Of a stretch of DNA of 64,000 nucleotides, positions 38,193 to 48,382 are shown piece after piece (positions within the stretch are counted from its first letter, which is position 1; the number at the start of each line of letters is the position of its first letter). The stretch is from Thermodesulfobacteriota bacterium (GTDB taxonomy: Bacteria > Desulfobacterota_D > UBA1144 > Nemesobacterales > UBA2774): positions 2,272,001 through 2,336,000 of the forward strand of contig OZ244991.1 in the NCBI GenBank assembly GCA_965223335.1, written 5' to 3'. The position numbers and the translations under genes are program-made. A model generated the notes under the pieces. That model ran no database searches and was not told the DNA's origin. It saw only the letters and a list, made by a program, of their open reading frames with translations.

Positions 38193-40052
38193 CTACCTAT
38201 CCAACCCCAACTTTGATTGCCTTAAATAATCAACATCGTATGACTTTGTTTCGGCAGCCGACGCTGTGATATATGTTGCATTGACGAGGTCGGCTGCTGT
38301 TGGGCCGGGCAGATCTGTCGTATGTGTGCATTCAAGCACAAAATCTCCATCATTAACAGACACATAAAACTCAATATCACTCGAATTTCTAACTATTAAA
38401 TAGTGATACCAATTACTTGTTGAGATTGCTAAACCCGTATCCGTGATCGTTTGCCCTGCTTCACCGGTCCCGTCCCTTGTTATACAGTGTATATTTCCAT
38501 CCCTAGTGGAATCATGCTCAAAGAAAGCCATGTAAGTATCATTGATATCATCTGTGTCCGAGAAAGCTCCAAATCCAAATACCTGGTTTGTAGTTTGGTC
38601 TACTCTTATACTTCCCTCAACGATCCATCCAGTACCTAGTAAAACCAGTTGTGTTGTAGAAGAACAAAGAGCAAGGTTAGCACCTGAAAAATTATTTAGT
38701 GTGCCGTCAGTTGTTGCTTGGTAAACTCCTGGTATTTCTACTTCTGGAGCAACTGCTACACCTCCATTACCCACTAAGCATAAAGAACCGTGGTCCGATT
38801 GGCCGCCAAAATCCTGCTCTACCCACAAATCTGAATACATACCTATACCACCAAAGGGCACCAGCTCGTAAAACCCATGGTTATTCCTACACAAGTACGT
38901 CTGCCCCGTCGGATTACTCGTCCCATGCACATATGTAATCTGCCCCTCAGTAGCGCTATCACATGTAGGCAGCGAAGTAGCCGTATCCAGCCTGGTATCA
39001 GCAGTTGTATTTATTGTCTCATCCAGCGGGATTGTGGCATTCTGCACCGTCCCCCCGCTATCTTTGAGCTTAAACACCAACTCATCATTCGTCTCGTCTA
39101 TCCAGGGGTTTACTTGAGTATTACTTATTGAGCCATCTGTGAGGGCTGTACTCTCAGCATAAAACTTTAAGTTAGTATCGGGATCACCAATAAGGGTGCT
39201 GTCAGTACTATCTAAATAGATTAAACTTTGAAAACTATTACTGCTATCATATTGCTTGATCCAATCATCATTATTAGCTTGCTTTAGGAATTCAGCACCT
39301 GACCCTACATATATCGTATTACCAAAAATATCTAGATAAGTAGTAGATTGGGTAGGGTTCATAAATGTAACTCTATTGGTTGTAAATCGTACGGTATCAA
39401 AAGAAACATCTTTATTTATCGTGTAATTCATAAAGCCGCTTGTATTAACACCAGCCGATGATCTATAAGCACCTAAAGTAATAACATGGGAGTTACTATT
39501 AACATCCATTTCCAATTGGAATACTGACAAAGCATCTTTAGTATTATCAAATGCCCCACTATGAGATTTTGCATTATAGCCCATGTTATAAAACAATCTG
39601 TTCGCAGATGGTGCTTGATCTATATAGGAATAAGAAAAGATAAACTCCCCAGCGTTAGCATCTAGAGGAGTGCTATCCACATACCACAATTTCTTTGGGG
39701 TCGTTTGCGCTAACGGAGCACCTATATTTTCGAATGATAAACCAGTGTCAGCTCCATCAATCGATAATGAAGATAAAACCCTAGTGTCATTAACACTAGA
39801 TTCCCCAATCACTATGTCATCAGCGCTGTCCAAATGCATCAAGTTATAGTAAGCACTGTTCGCAGCATTCCTCTGCTCAAGCCACTGGTAGTTGTTTGTG
39901 CTTTGCTGAAGTGTAAAATCTATGACACCACCCTCAAAAGTCCCCCCTCCCCCTCCCGGGGCCGGGTCATTGTTAAGCGGGTCCACTACAATCTGCGCAT
40001 TGGCATATGCTGCCAACAAAACAAGCACTAGTGTTATGAAGAAATTACGCAC
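38193..40052 (-). CDS. Beta-rich adhesin/fibre-like protein with signal peptide and possible C-terminal lectin-like domain
   Basis: Same N-terminal ~37 aa as 36682..38109; WYHYLIVRNSSDIEFYV...YDVDY. Confidence 0.65.
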   Translation of the reverse strand: MRNFFITLVLVLLAAYANAQIVVDPLNNDPAPGGGGGTFEGGVIDFTLQQSTNNYQWLEQRNAANSAYYNLMHLDSADDIVIGESSVNDTRVLSSLSIDGADTGLSFENIGAPLAQTTPKKLWYVDSTPLDANAGEFIFSYSYIDQAPSANRLFYNMGYNAKSHSGAFDNTKDALSVFQLEMDVNSNSHVITLGAYRSSAGVNTSGFMNYTINKDVSFDTVRFTTNRVTFMNPTQSTTYLDIFGNTIYVGSGAEFLKQANNDDWIKQYDSSNSFQSLIYLDSTDSTLIGDPDTNLKFYAESTALTDGSISNTQVNPWIDETNDELVFKLKDSGGTVQNATIPLDETINTTADTRLDTATSLPTCDSATEGQITYVHGTSNPTGQTYLCRNNHGFYELVPFGGIGMYSDLWVEQDFGGQSDHGSLCLVGNGGVAVAPEVEIPGVYQATTDGTLNNFSGANLALCSSTTQLVLLGTGWIVEGSIRVDQTTNQVFGFGAFSDTDDINDTYMAFFEHDSTRDGNIHCITRDGTGEAGQTITDTGLAISTSNWYHYLIVRNSSDIEFYVSVNDGDFVLECTHTTDLPGPTAADLVNATYITASAAETKSYDVDYLRQSKLGLDR

Positions 40053-40054
40053 TG

Positions 40055-40465
40055 TTATTTATCCCCTCTTATTCCCAGATGAAACTCGGTCTGTCCCACA
40101 GGGCCGTTTGTGTATATCACCCGCACGCATTTTCCCGCACGTCGTATCTCGTATGCACCCTCACCCGCTCCCGTGTCGTATGTATCAGGTGGCGATTCAT
40201 AGTGCACGTCCACCGTGCCTGCGGTGTTGCAGTCCTCCTGGTCACTCTGTTGTATCTGCACACCATCTGCAGCACTCGGCTGGTCCGAATAGATCATTAC
40301 GGTTATCTCCTTATACCAGATCGCCAGGTACCACGGGCTCGTATACGTATCTGTAGCAATAAGTGTGTTTGTTTCCGCCTCACCAATCCTGTCGCTTACG
40401 GCTATAGCCTGAGCGGCAAACACCGACATCATGACTAGTAAAAATATTGTTATGATTGTTTTCAT
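40055..40465 (-). CDS. Small secreted beta-sandwich protein
   Basis: Signal peptide; CVRVIYTNG. Confidence 0.7.
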   Translation of the reverse strand: MKTIITIFLLVMMSVFAAQAIAVSDRIGEAETNTLIATDTYTSPWYLAIWYKEITVMIYSDQPSAADGVQIQQSDQEDCNTAGTVDVHYESPPDTYDTGAGEGAYEIRRAGKCVRVIYTNGPVGQTEFHLGIRGDK

Positions 40466-40469
40466 TGTT

Positions 40470-40787
40470 CTATTTGACCAGCTGGTCTATGACCTCCAAT
40501 TTAATATGTTCTTCCTTCACAAACGGTACGGGTGTAATAGTCAGGTTCTTTATCTCCACCCCAAGCACATTGGGCCCCGACTTAAGCCCCCCTGTCTCGG
40601 TGGGGGTAAGCTGTACCAGGAAGTACCTGCTGTCCCCCGACTTATCCGTCACTTGGCGGCTTACAGCTGTGCCCTGCACCGTAATGTTGCACTCATAATT
40701 CGCATCAAGTGACGACTCCCCCTCCACACCCACTTTAAACAAGGGGCTCGTATTACCCTTTATCACCTCATATGTCTTCGGCATCAT
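40470..40787 (-). CDS. Hypothetical Ig/BppU-like small protein
   Basis: IKGNT...VQLTPTETGGL...VEIKN pattern; coupled to neighbours. Confidence 0.55.
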   Translation of the reverse strand: MMPKTYEVIKGNTSPLFKVGVEGESSLDANYECNITVQGTAVSRQVTDKSGDSRYFLVQLTPTETGGLKSGPNVLGVEIKNLTITPVPFVKEEHIKLEVIDQLVK

Positions 40788-41020
40788 TTAACCTCTATTT
40801 CGTCTTCTGAAACATCTAGATCCAAGAGCTTCTCATCCGCGTCCAACTCGATCTCTATGGTGTTAACAGCTATATCCACGCTCATTACATCGGTATCCAA
40901 ACCCAGCACCTCCTCAGCCACAGCTATATCCAGCGGCACGGCCCCGTTTATAAACACCTGTGTTGTACCGCCCCCCGAGCCGCCTGTACCCACTCCCATC
41001 CCGCTAGCAAATACCGGCAT
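40784..41020 (-). CDS. Acidic hypothetical protein
   Basis: Stop/start overlaps on both sides. Confidence 0.65.
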   Translation of the reverse strand: MPVFASGMGVGTGGSGGGTTQVFINGAVPLDIAVAEEVLGLDTDVMSVDIAVNTIEIELDADEKLLDLDVSEDEIEVK

Positions 41021-41583
41021 CAGATAGGCTCCTCCGAGTGCACCCCGTCTGTGGCGTCATAGGTATTAGTGAAACTATCGTCTGTATAGGCCTGCGTCTG
41101 CTCCAGCACCGTCACCCCGTCGTCGTCATAGATCGTGTGTATCCCCGTGGTCTTATCGAGTTTCTTTTTATTACGCTGGCGTTTACTCATAAGGTCCAGT
41201 GTAGTGAGCACTCCCTCAACCGACACCAGCCCGGCAGAGTTAAACGGCCTTATCGATACCTGATTCACGTTTGTAACATCGGCGATGTTGCTGTTCGCAC
41301 CCACGAGGTTCACGGCATACTGTCCGTCCTCAAATGTCACCGTGTACCCGTTTATGATCTCCACAACCCTGGCCAGCGTAAACCCGCTGATATTTACCGG
41401 AGGGTTGTGCGAGTGGGTGTCCAGATACGACATACCCTCGGTGCTAGCCTCAAGGCCCTTTAGCTCCAAACGAAAGTCGTTAATATCCAGCTCCCTTATC
41501 TCAGTAGGGCTCGACTGCACCAACGTCATGTCCGCTTTGGGTACGTTTATAACCTTAGTCGCCCAGTCTATCGTTATCGCCAC
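41020..41583 (-). CDS. Putative virion structural protein
   Basis: Operon coupling; beta-rich. Confidence 0.65.
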   Translation of the reverse strand: MAITIDWATKVINVPKADMTLVQSSPTEIRELDINDFRLELKGLEASTEGMSYLDTHSHNPPVNISGFTLARVVEIINGYTVTFEDGQYAVNLVGANSNIADVTNVNQVSIRPFNSAGLVSVEGVLTTLDLMSKRQRNKKKLDKTTGIHTIYDDDGVTVLEQTQAYTDDSFTNTYDATDGVHSEEPI

Positions 41584-41956
41584 GCCTGTTAAGCTCCTCG
41601 ATCACTTCGTCTTGTGTTTTTATCCTGTATCTAAGCGCCTGGATCTCTTCTATGTACTTATTCTTAATATCGTTGTCTTCAGTGATTGTTGTACGCATAA
41701 TCTCTTTGTTGATCTCAAGTGCTTTATCTAAACCCTCGATCTGCTTATTCAGTGTCACCACCTGATCCGCAAGCTCGTTGCGCTCTTTCTGCATTAAATC
41801 AAGCGCATGGTTAAGAGAGCTTGCCAGCTCGTGCAGGTGCTTGACCTGCACCGGGTAATCCATCTCCTTAAACTTCTCGCCCAGGGTAATAAGGGGCCCC
41901 GTCTTATCAGCCCCATTTGCCTGAACCTTAAAATGCGATGTATCGTTTTCACTCAT
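41555..41956 (-). CDS. Coiled-coil hypothetical protein
   Basis: Heptad pattern; TAATG coupling with upstream gene. Confidence 0.7.
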   Translation of the reverse strand: MSENDTSHFKVQANGADKTGPLITLGEKFKEMDYPVQVKHLHELASSLNHALDLMQKERNELADQVVTLNKQIEGLDKALEINKEIMRTTITEDNDIKNKYIEEIQALRYRIKTQDEVIEELNRRGDNDRLGD

Positions 41957-43854
41957 TAAGCGTCACTCGTCCTAATAGCTGCAACAGATCCTCCACCAGA
42001 GCCTAACGTGGCCGGAGCCTCGAATGTTTTAATGGGTGTGGCTCCACCGTCACGTACTCTTACAAACAAGTCTCGATCACTCGAATACACCGCAGTAAAA
42101 CTCGCTGTTGCGGCCGCAGCTAGCTCGTCTATATAAGCAATGAATATCTCGTTGCCAATAGCTGCTGCATCCCCATATGTGCCCGACAATGTGTACGTGC
42201 TCCCAGTGTAAGACGAGTATGGAGTTTCCAGGTACACACCATTGTCATTCTCTACCCTTATATCCCCGCTAACCGGAGTGTCAGATGGGATAGTAGTATT
42301 TTGTTCTACAGATGTAGATCCCGATGTTAGAGCTGTTGTAGCAACTGTAAACTGGTTTTTCTGTAATACACCCGCGCTTCTCGGCCCTACAAGCACCCTG
42401 TCCTCGCCCGATACCAGTCCGCTCACTGTAAAGGTCACATTGTTGGGTGGTGTTTGAGTAGTTCCTGACAGGTCCTCTATCGAGTCCGACGCGCTTAAAT
42501 CGTTTGCGTCCACACCTATTCCATATGCACCGATCAACGTCCCTGTGTACGAACCCAAAAATATTTTCGGAACAGTCCTTGCTGTAGGTGCCAGGTTTAC
42601 GTCTGAAGTAGAGTTACTTGAACGCCCTATAATCTCGGAATTATCTACCGGGGCCACACCTGTGAGCAGTTGTATCCACATAGTCCCCGTTGTCCCGTTA
42701 TCATCAAGGGCCAGCAACAACCCTGTTCCACCACCTGTACCTGTTACGGTTACATTAACATCTGCGGTAGCGGCAGAGCTAAGACCTGTGATCTGTTCGT
42801 TATCCGCCGGGGTCGCACTACCGGAATCTAGCATTACATACATTGTGGATGTACCATCATCGTATGTTATCTGGCCGCTTCCACCACCGGCGAATGTTAC
42901 TTGCTCATCCTCTGTGAATGTGCCCGAGAGGTTGTCGTATGCAATTTCGGTACCCCACGCGATGATCTCATCTTCGGTAAAGTTCGCACTCTCGTTGTCA
43001 TAATCTATCTCATGAGTAATACCTAAAAACAGTTCACCGTTTATACCATGAATAGTTTTCGCCGTACCGTTACCGGAGAGGTCTTTAATAAACTCCCATA
43101 TACCCTTAAGCCCGTCACCCGATGTATCCGCGCCATAAGTCCACTTGCTATAGTAGTCCCTCGATCCGTTTCCGTTGTTAAGGTCGATCTGCTGGTATCC
43201 TTCGGTATTCGTAACGTGCGTGTAAGCGGTAACAGTTGCCTGCAGGGTATCGTTTTGTGCATCGGGTGTGGTACCTATAGCCGCCACCGACTCACCTTGT
43301 CCCAATGTCACATTAAAGAAGTCGTAAGTATCACCCCAATGGCGCGCCTGTACTCGTATTCGTTTACCATCAATATCGGCCCCACCGTCACGCGATTTGA
43401 TAAGCACGCGCATCAAGATACCGGCTGCTGAATTACCATTGTAACCACCTGTAGATTGATCACCCCAGAATGGTGAGGCTGGTGTAGTGGTGAATTGATA
43501 CAGGTCGTTATTCTGAATAACCATCAACTGTGTGCTTGTGTTATTTACAGCACCAAGAACTCTCAACCCCGAATAAACCGTATCCCCACCCGATTGCGAT
43601 ATAGATCCGTCATACAGATGCTCCGCGGCCGTATCATCAATATTGTATGTGCCCAAAAGGGTTATAATGTTGTCTGTTGAGCGGTCAGACGGTGTGTCCG
43701 ATGTAATGTCCACCAGGTCGTTACCCGAAGCGCTTGCATCGTCAGCCAGATCTTGGAGGAACCTGTGCAGTTCCAGCACCGTATAGTTTGCGGTCGTGCC
43801 CGTATATCTAATATCGCCGTTAACCGCTACCGAAAAATCATCAGCTATAGCCAT
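41956..43854 (-). CDS. Putative virion structural protein (632 aa, Thr/Gly/Asp-rich)
   Basis: SD GGAGG; internal repeat EIDYDNESANFTEDE / EIAYDNLSGTFTEDE. Confidence 0.7.
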   Translation of the reverse strand: MAIADDFSVAVNGDIRYTGTTANYTVLELHRFLQDLADDASASGNDLVDITSDTPSDRSTDNIITLLGTYNIDDTAAEHLYDGSISQSGGDTVYSGLRVLGAVNNTSTQLMVIQNNDLYQFTTTPASPFWGDQSTGGYNGNSAAGILMRVLIKSRDGGADIDGKRIRVQARHWGDTYDFFNVTLGQGESVAAIGTTPDAQNDTLQATVTAYTHVTNTEGYQQIDLNNGNGSRDYYSKWTYGADTSGDGLKGIWEFIKDLSGNGTAKTIHGINGELFLGITHEIDYDNESANFTEDEIIAWGTEIAYDNLSGTFTEDEQVTFAGGGSGQITYDDGTSTMYVMLDSGSATPADNEQITGLSSAATADVNVTVTGTGGGTGLLLALDDNGTTGTMWIQLLTGVAPVDNSEIIGRSSNSTSDVNLAPTARTVPKIFLGSYTGTLIGAYGIGVDANDLSASDSIEDLSGTTQTPPNNVTFTVSGLVSGEDRVLVGPRSAGVLQKNQFTVATTALTSGSTSVEQNTTIPSDTPVSGDIRVENDNGVYLETPYSSYTGSTYTLSGTYGDAAAIGNEIFIAYIDELAAAATASFTAVYSSDRDLFVRVRDGGATPIKTFEAPATLGSGGGSVAAIRTSDA

Positions 43855-43945
43855 GTTCTAAAACCTCCGGTTCTTACGTTGTTTGTTGAATTGAATGGAC
43901 CGGGGGTTCCCGGTCCGTATATTGTTTTGTTAAATTAAATACTGC

Positions 43946-45754
43946 TTACCCATCGCCGATCATCGTAATGGTAGAGTCGAAACCCGCACTCGTGATGGTC
44001 CCAGTTATAGGAGAGCTTTTATAATAAGGTGCGCTCGTGCTTTTACGTGCTTTTCCCTTAACCGGCTGGTTGCTGGCAAAGTTAAACCCTGTGTTGTCTG
44101 CCAGGCCAGATACGTTAGTGAGTTCATTTATGATTACCGCACTCGCTGTTATCGTGCCCGTTGCGGGTGTGGCAGGTGAACCGCTCACAGTGTAGTCGTA
44201 AGCGTTTGTACTCACGTTTGATATGGTAAAGACTCCATTGTATTCCTGTTGTGTAGCCCCTCGTATCACGACTAAGTCGTTATTAGCCATGCCGTGTCCA
44301 GTGTGTGAAACAGTGGCGGTAGTACCGCTTCTTGTGATTGTGGCCGTATCCCCTGCGGGCAGGCTCCCACCGGTGTCAGCCTCCAAAAATACCCTCGCGT
44401 TCTGTATCGCTGTACCCCCCGAGTCCACACACGTCACTTTTACAGCCACGGTGTTGTTGACGGTGGTTGATGACCCCGTCCCGTTTCGTACCGTAGGAGT
44501 GTCACCGCCCCCTAGTATGTTAAGCGTCACGGCACCGCCCGAGTTGTTGTACACCGCTGCGTCGTTGCTTCCGCCCGTGCCATACCCGCTAAACGTGTTA
44601 CCGGTAAAACTGTATGTGCCCGTTGAGCTTATCTCAATCGCATGCCCCGATCCACCCGAAGTAAACGCACAGTCTGTAATCTTAGAAGGGTCGTTGGATG
44701 TAAGGAAAGCTACTCCACTAGCAACCGTAGGCGAATCTACAACACAATTGTCTATAAGAGCGCTTGACTGTGTCAGTGCCTCACTGCTCACTATTGTAGA
44801 ATTATCCAAACTGCATGCACTTGTAAGTGTAATATTCCTAAAGTTGTTGATAAGTGTGCCGTCCACAAGCAGGTCGCCAGAGGTCCCTGTGGCCGTAAAG
44901 TCCGGGCGCGTATCTACTGTGGTCTCTGTGCCACGGCCTAGAAAGTTACACCCCACTATGTCTACATCCGTAGTGGCATTGCTAAGGTCTGTAGTAATAC
45001 CGCTAAATCCCGTATCAAATAACCCATCGGGGAACACCACCGTCACACCACTGTCGTTAAACACTGTTGCTGTAGAGGACCCTATTGTGAGCATCCCATA
45101 GACAAATAATATCCCCTCAAGCGTAGTCACATAACCGTAACGGTTACCGCCAGTACCCTCATCGTGCGATACAAAGTCGTCAAATACACCGTCTGTGTCG
45201 GCTCCGTCCCCGCCTGTAAGTGTGAGCCCCGCACCCACATCCACCGCATCCATTGCCAGGTTCTCCGACTTCGACGTAGCGGTAAAATCCGCCTGTATCC
45301 CATAGTAATCCGCAGCGCTCAGTGACGGTGAACCCCCCGTCCTATCCCTATACGCCGAGACGTTCGGGTCAATCGGCCTAATCAGCCATCCACCCTTAAT
45401 CGGATATGTGTCCGCACCCTCCAAGTCGTATTCATAATAGTCCGTAGCCGATGAACCGATCCTGATCTGCAGACCCGGTGTGGTTCTGTTCTCTAGTGCA
45501 TCTTTATTGGTTGCGATGAACTTGAATATCACCGTTTGGTATGTACCCGTAGAGCTTATATCAGTTGTCGAAGCCGGTGTAAGGGCAAACCCTCTTGTGC
45601 TCGTGCTCACCTTTCTCGAGACCGAGTTCGTGCCCTGGTATACAAAGTCCGGTTCCAGGGTCGAACCTGCACCGCCTCCAATGTCTGTGATATTTGTTAG
45701 CGAATCAAGCGCATCAATGCGTGTGTTGTCCGCTGTCACGGATACTGTAGCCAT
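43946..45754 (-). CDS. Putative virion structural protein with beta-helix-like segment
   Basis: Thr/Ser/Gly-rich; ITDCAFTSGGSGHAIEI, FTGNTFSGY repeats. Confidence 0.7.
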   Translation of the reverse strand: MATVSVTADNTRIDALDSLTNITDIGGGAGSTLEPDFVYQGTNSVSRKVSTSTRGFALTPASTTDISSTGTYQTVIFKFIATNKDALENRTTPGLQIRIGSSATDYYEYDLEGADTYPIKGGWLIRPIDPNVSAYRDRTGGSPSLSAADYYGIQADFTATSKSENLAMDAVDVGAGLTLTGGDGADTDGVFDDFVSHDEGTGGNRYGYVTTLEGILFVYGMLTIGSSTATVFNDSGVTVVFPDGLFDTGFSGITTDLSNATTDVDIVGCNFLGRGTETTVDTRPDFTATGTSGDLLVDGTLINNFRNITLTSACSLDNSTIVSSEALTQSSALIDNCVVDSPTVASGVAFLTSNDPSKITDCAFTSGGSGHAIEISSTGTYSFTGNTFSGYGTGGSNDAAVYNNSGGAVTLNILGGGDTPTVRNGTGSSTTVNNTVAVKVTCVDSGGTAIQNARVFLEADTGGSLPAGDTATITRSGTTATVSHTGHGMANNDLVVIRGATQQEYNGVFTISNVSTNAYDYTVSGSPATPATGTITASAVIINELTNVSGLADNTGFNFASNQPVKGKARKSTSAPYYKSSPITGTITSAGFDSTITMIGDG

Positions 45755-45839
45755 AGATTATTCCTTTAATGTGCGTAATCCCGCCGGCCCGATACGTCTC
45801 AGGGATCATAATAAGATAATTTGTATAGAGTGGTTTACG

Positions 45840-46940
45840 CTACTCAACGGTCCCGTTTAGGTCCCAGCCTGTGGACTCCACGTACTTTTCCCTAAACCCG
45901 TCCATACGTTTGTTGTTCCATCTCCACATATTGCTAGAGACGTTCCAAGTGTTTTGGTCCACAAAGTTATTGCTCGATCGGCGGTCCTGCGTCGAGAACG
46001 CAAAATACTCGGGGAGCGTCGATGTGAATTTATTGTTCTTAATCACATTTTGCGTCGAGTTATAGATGCAAAACGAGTAATGCGCATCGTCGTTAGTTAC
46101 TTCGGGGTAAGAATTCGCAATAAATTTATTGTTTTGAATCACGTTACGATCGGCGTTATGGAAAAACACTATACCCCACGAGTTATTTTCAAATGTGTTT
46201 CCCTCTACCATTGTGCCGGTCATTTTCGTCCCACATCCATACCCGTTCCACTGTATCCCCCGCCCCGGGTTCTCACGGATTGTGTTGTTTGTAATAATGT
46301 GGTTGCTCGAGCCCTTACAACTAAAGTCGCTAATGTATATACCGTGGCAGTGCCGCGGGCTCCGCCCGCCCCACTCCGCCATTGTGCACCCGCCCTCTCG
46401 CACGCCGTTTTTCTCTATCACGTTGTTGTCTATCAGCACGTTATTAACCGACGTGATTAGTATCCCTTGGTAGCGCGAGTTCGTAATGTAGTTGTTTTTG
46501 ATGCTCGCAAACGGGGCAAACACCTTGATCCCGTCATATCCGTCCTCGATCCTAAAGCCCTCCACGGTCACATAGGGTGCTGTGATCTCGACCCTCTCCT
46601 GCGCACTGTTCCAGGGCTTGAACTTAAGCACCGGCTTATGCCCGTTATACGCCCTCAGCGTCACCCCTGCTTTGTTAAGCTCTATCTTCCCGGTATATGT
46701 ACCGTTCTTTACCTCTACCACATCACCCGGCTTTGTGTTTTCAAGTGCTTTTTGGATTGTAGCGTAGTTGCCCGTGCCCGATGCATCCACTACTATCACA
46801 TTCCCGTTAGGGATTGCATTTTGCGAGCTTGCGGACGTAGTATCTGTCGGCGGTCCCTCTAACACGGTCCCGGCGCCGCTGCAGTCTATACAAAGTGTTG
46901 CGATTGTTACTACGAGTAATGCAAAGATTGTTGGCCTCAT
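45840..46940 (-). CDS. Exported right-handed parallel beta-helix (pectin-lyase fold) protein
   Basis: YATIQKALENTKPGDVVEVKNGTY cap, repeated I-x-N-N-x-I; N-terminal signal or lipoprotein-like segment. Confidence 0.85.
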   Translation of the reverse strand: MRPTIFALLVVTIATLCIDCSGAGTVLEGPPTDTTSASSQNAIPNGNVIVVDASGTGNYATIQKALENTKPGDVVEVKNGTYTGKIELNKAGVTLRAYNGHKPVLKFKPWNSAQERVEITAPYVTVEGFRIEDGYDGIKVFAPFASIKNNYITNSRYQGILITSVNNVLIDNNVIEKNGVREGGCTMAEWGGRSPRHCHGIYISDFSCKGSSNHIITNNTIRENPGRGIQWNGYGCGTKMTGTMVEGNTFENNSWGIVFFHNADRNVIQNNKFIANSYPEVTNDDAHYSFCIYNSTQNVIKNNKFTSTLPEYFAFSTQDRRSSNNFVDQNTWNVSSNMWRWNNKRMDGFREKYVESTGWDLNGTVE

Positions 46941-47034
46941 ATCCCCAAATCCCCTCCGAAGTATTTACAACCTTATTAGTATGCTTGAAGATCCGTATTA
47001 ATGTATATAATTTCTTCGGATTAACAACTAAGCC

Positions 47035-47469
47035 CTATATGTCCATCTCCTCGTCATATAGGATCATAAGCTCCATCGCAAACCCGCGATAAGGCGAGTT
47101 CTCCTCTATCTCCAGGTTCGTGTTTATGTTCTTAATCTCTGTGGTTATGGCACTTCCCCCGCGCCTACGGTCCCGCATGATTAACCGCCTTGAGTCCGCA
47201 ATCAGCTCGCTTAGCTCCTTTGTGTCCTCGCTGTCCTCTTCGTTGAGAATAACTACGATGCTCGGTGCCAGGGCAACCCTCACCACCTCGCTCCTCAGCA
47301 CCTGATCAATGGTGCTCTCTGCAGTGTCCTCGATTATAGCAGCCGGCAGTCTGAATCTACTTATCGTATCGGTGGTCACACTCTCTCCCACCAGCCCCAC
47401 TTCCTCTAGCTTGTACGATCCCGACAGGCTCTCGGCCAGGTCAATGAAAATCTCCTCTCTTTTAGTCAT
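47035..47469 (-). CDS. Putative tail terminator / tail completion protein
   Basis: Size, LPAAII motif and synteny after neck gene. Confidence 0.65.
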   Translation of the reverse strand: MTKREEIFIDLAESLSGSYKLEEVGLVGESVTTDTISRFRLPAAIIEDTAESTIDQVLRSEVVRVALAPSIVVILNEEDSEDTKELSELIADSRRLIMRDRRRGGSAITTEIKNINTNLEIEENSPYRGFAMELMILYDEEMDI

Positions 47470-47918
47470 CCTACAGCTTCCTTTATAGCTTTAGTAAGGT
47501 GTCTTTGTACAATTTCGTCTATCTTTGCCCTTGCTTTTTTATCGCTAGCCCCTATGCCAAAAAACTCTCTTTTAGGTACTCCCCGGCCTGATTGGTGCGC
47601 CGCGGCGATCCTTTCGTATTTGGTGCTTCCGAACCCTACAGTGACTTTATCTTTGGATGCGCTTTTAACCCTCATATCGTTTAGCATCCCGCCGCTTTCG
47701 CTCAGGTCCACTTTACCCCGCCTACCCTTAGTTCTGGACGAGTACGGTGCAAACGGTCTCAGGTTTACGTCCAAGCCCTTGTTGGTGCGCTCCTTCGAGT
47801 AGCTCACCACATATTCCCCCACCTCCTGCATCATCTCTTTCGAGGGAAATTTCTGCCCAAGCTTCTTCGGAAACGATTTTAGAAAACCCGTTAATTCACT
47901 CGTGTTAATTTTGATCAT
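47466..47918 (-). CDS. Phage virion morphogenesis (Mu gpG / P2 gpS-like neck) protein
   Basis: L-x-x-SGGML...VTVG...AAAHQSG...PKREFFGI pattern. Confidence 0.85.
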   Translation of the reverse strand: MIKINTSELTGFLKSFPKKLGQKFPSKEMMQEVGEYVVSYSKERTNKGLDVNLRPFAPYSSRTKGRRGKVDLSESGGMLNDMRVKSASKDKVTVGFGSTKYERIAAAHQSGRGVPKREFFGIGASDKKARAKIDEIVQRHLTKAIKEAVG

Positions 47919-48035
47919 TAATTTGTCTGCAGTTGTTTATATTTTTGTTTTTCCTTAATGAGATCGAAGGTCTCAATCCTACATTACAGGAGCACTTTGT
48001 GTACGTTCACATCTTTTTTCATTTTTTTTTAGCCT

Positions 48036-48217
48036 AATGGGGTTGTAAACCCCACTCCCGACATTCAGCTATTAGCGTAAAGATAATTTGCGAGTACGGT
48101 GTTAAGAATGGATTTCGGGGATGAGGTTGGATAAATCTATTTAACCGTACGAGTGAATTATTAGCTAATCGCTGTCAGTCGGTGATTTTTGCATACTTTT
48201 GATCAAGCAAAAGTATG
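48036..48217. repeat. Structured ~180-bp intergenic repeat, copy 1
   Basis: 5' hairpin, CCGAC...GTCGG, 3' hairpin CATACTTTTG-N6-CAAAAGTATG. Confidence 0.85.
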
Positions 48218-48382
48218 AAGTAAAGAAGTACAAAGAATCGTGAAATTAATATAGAATCCTTAAGGCTCATTCCTTTCGATATAATGTTTTTTGTATAGTC
48301 TCAGATTCCCGCACATCGAATGCACACTCATGGCATGCACATTAATCTTTTAGCACGTTTGTGTAGCACTTACTAAACTGTA

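Noticed and set aside
33313..47918. Contractile injection system or R-type tailocin
   Set aside because: No sheath, baseplate wedge or spike recognised; capsid, portal and terminase are present
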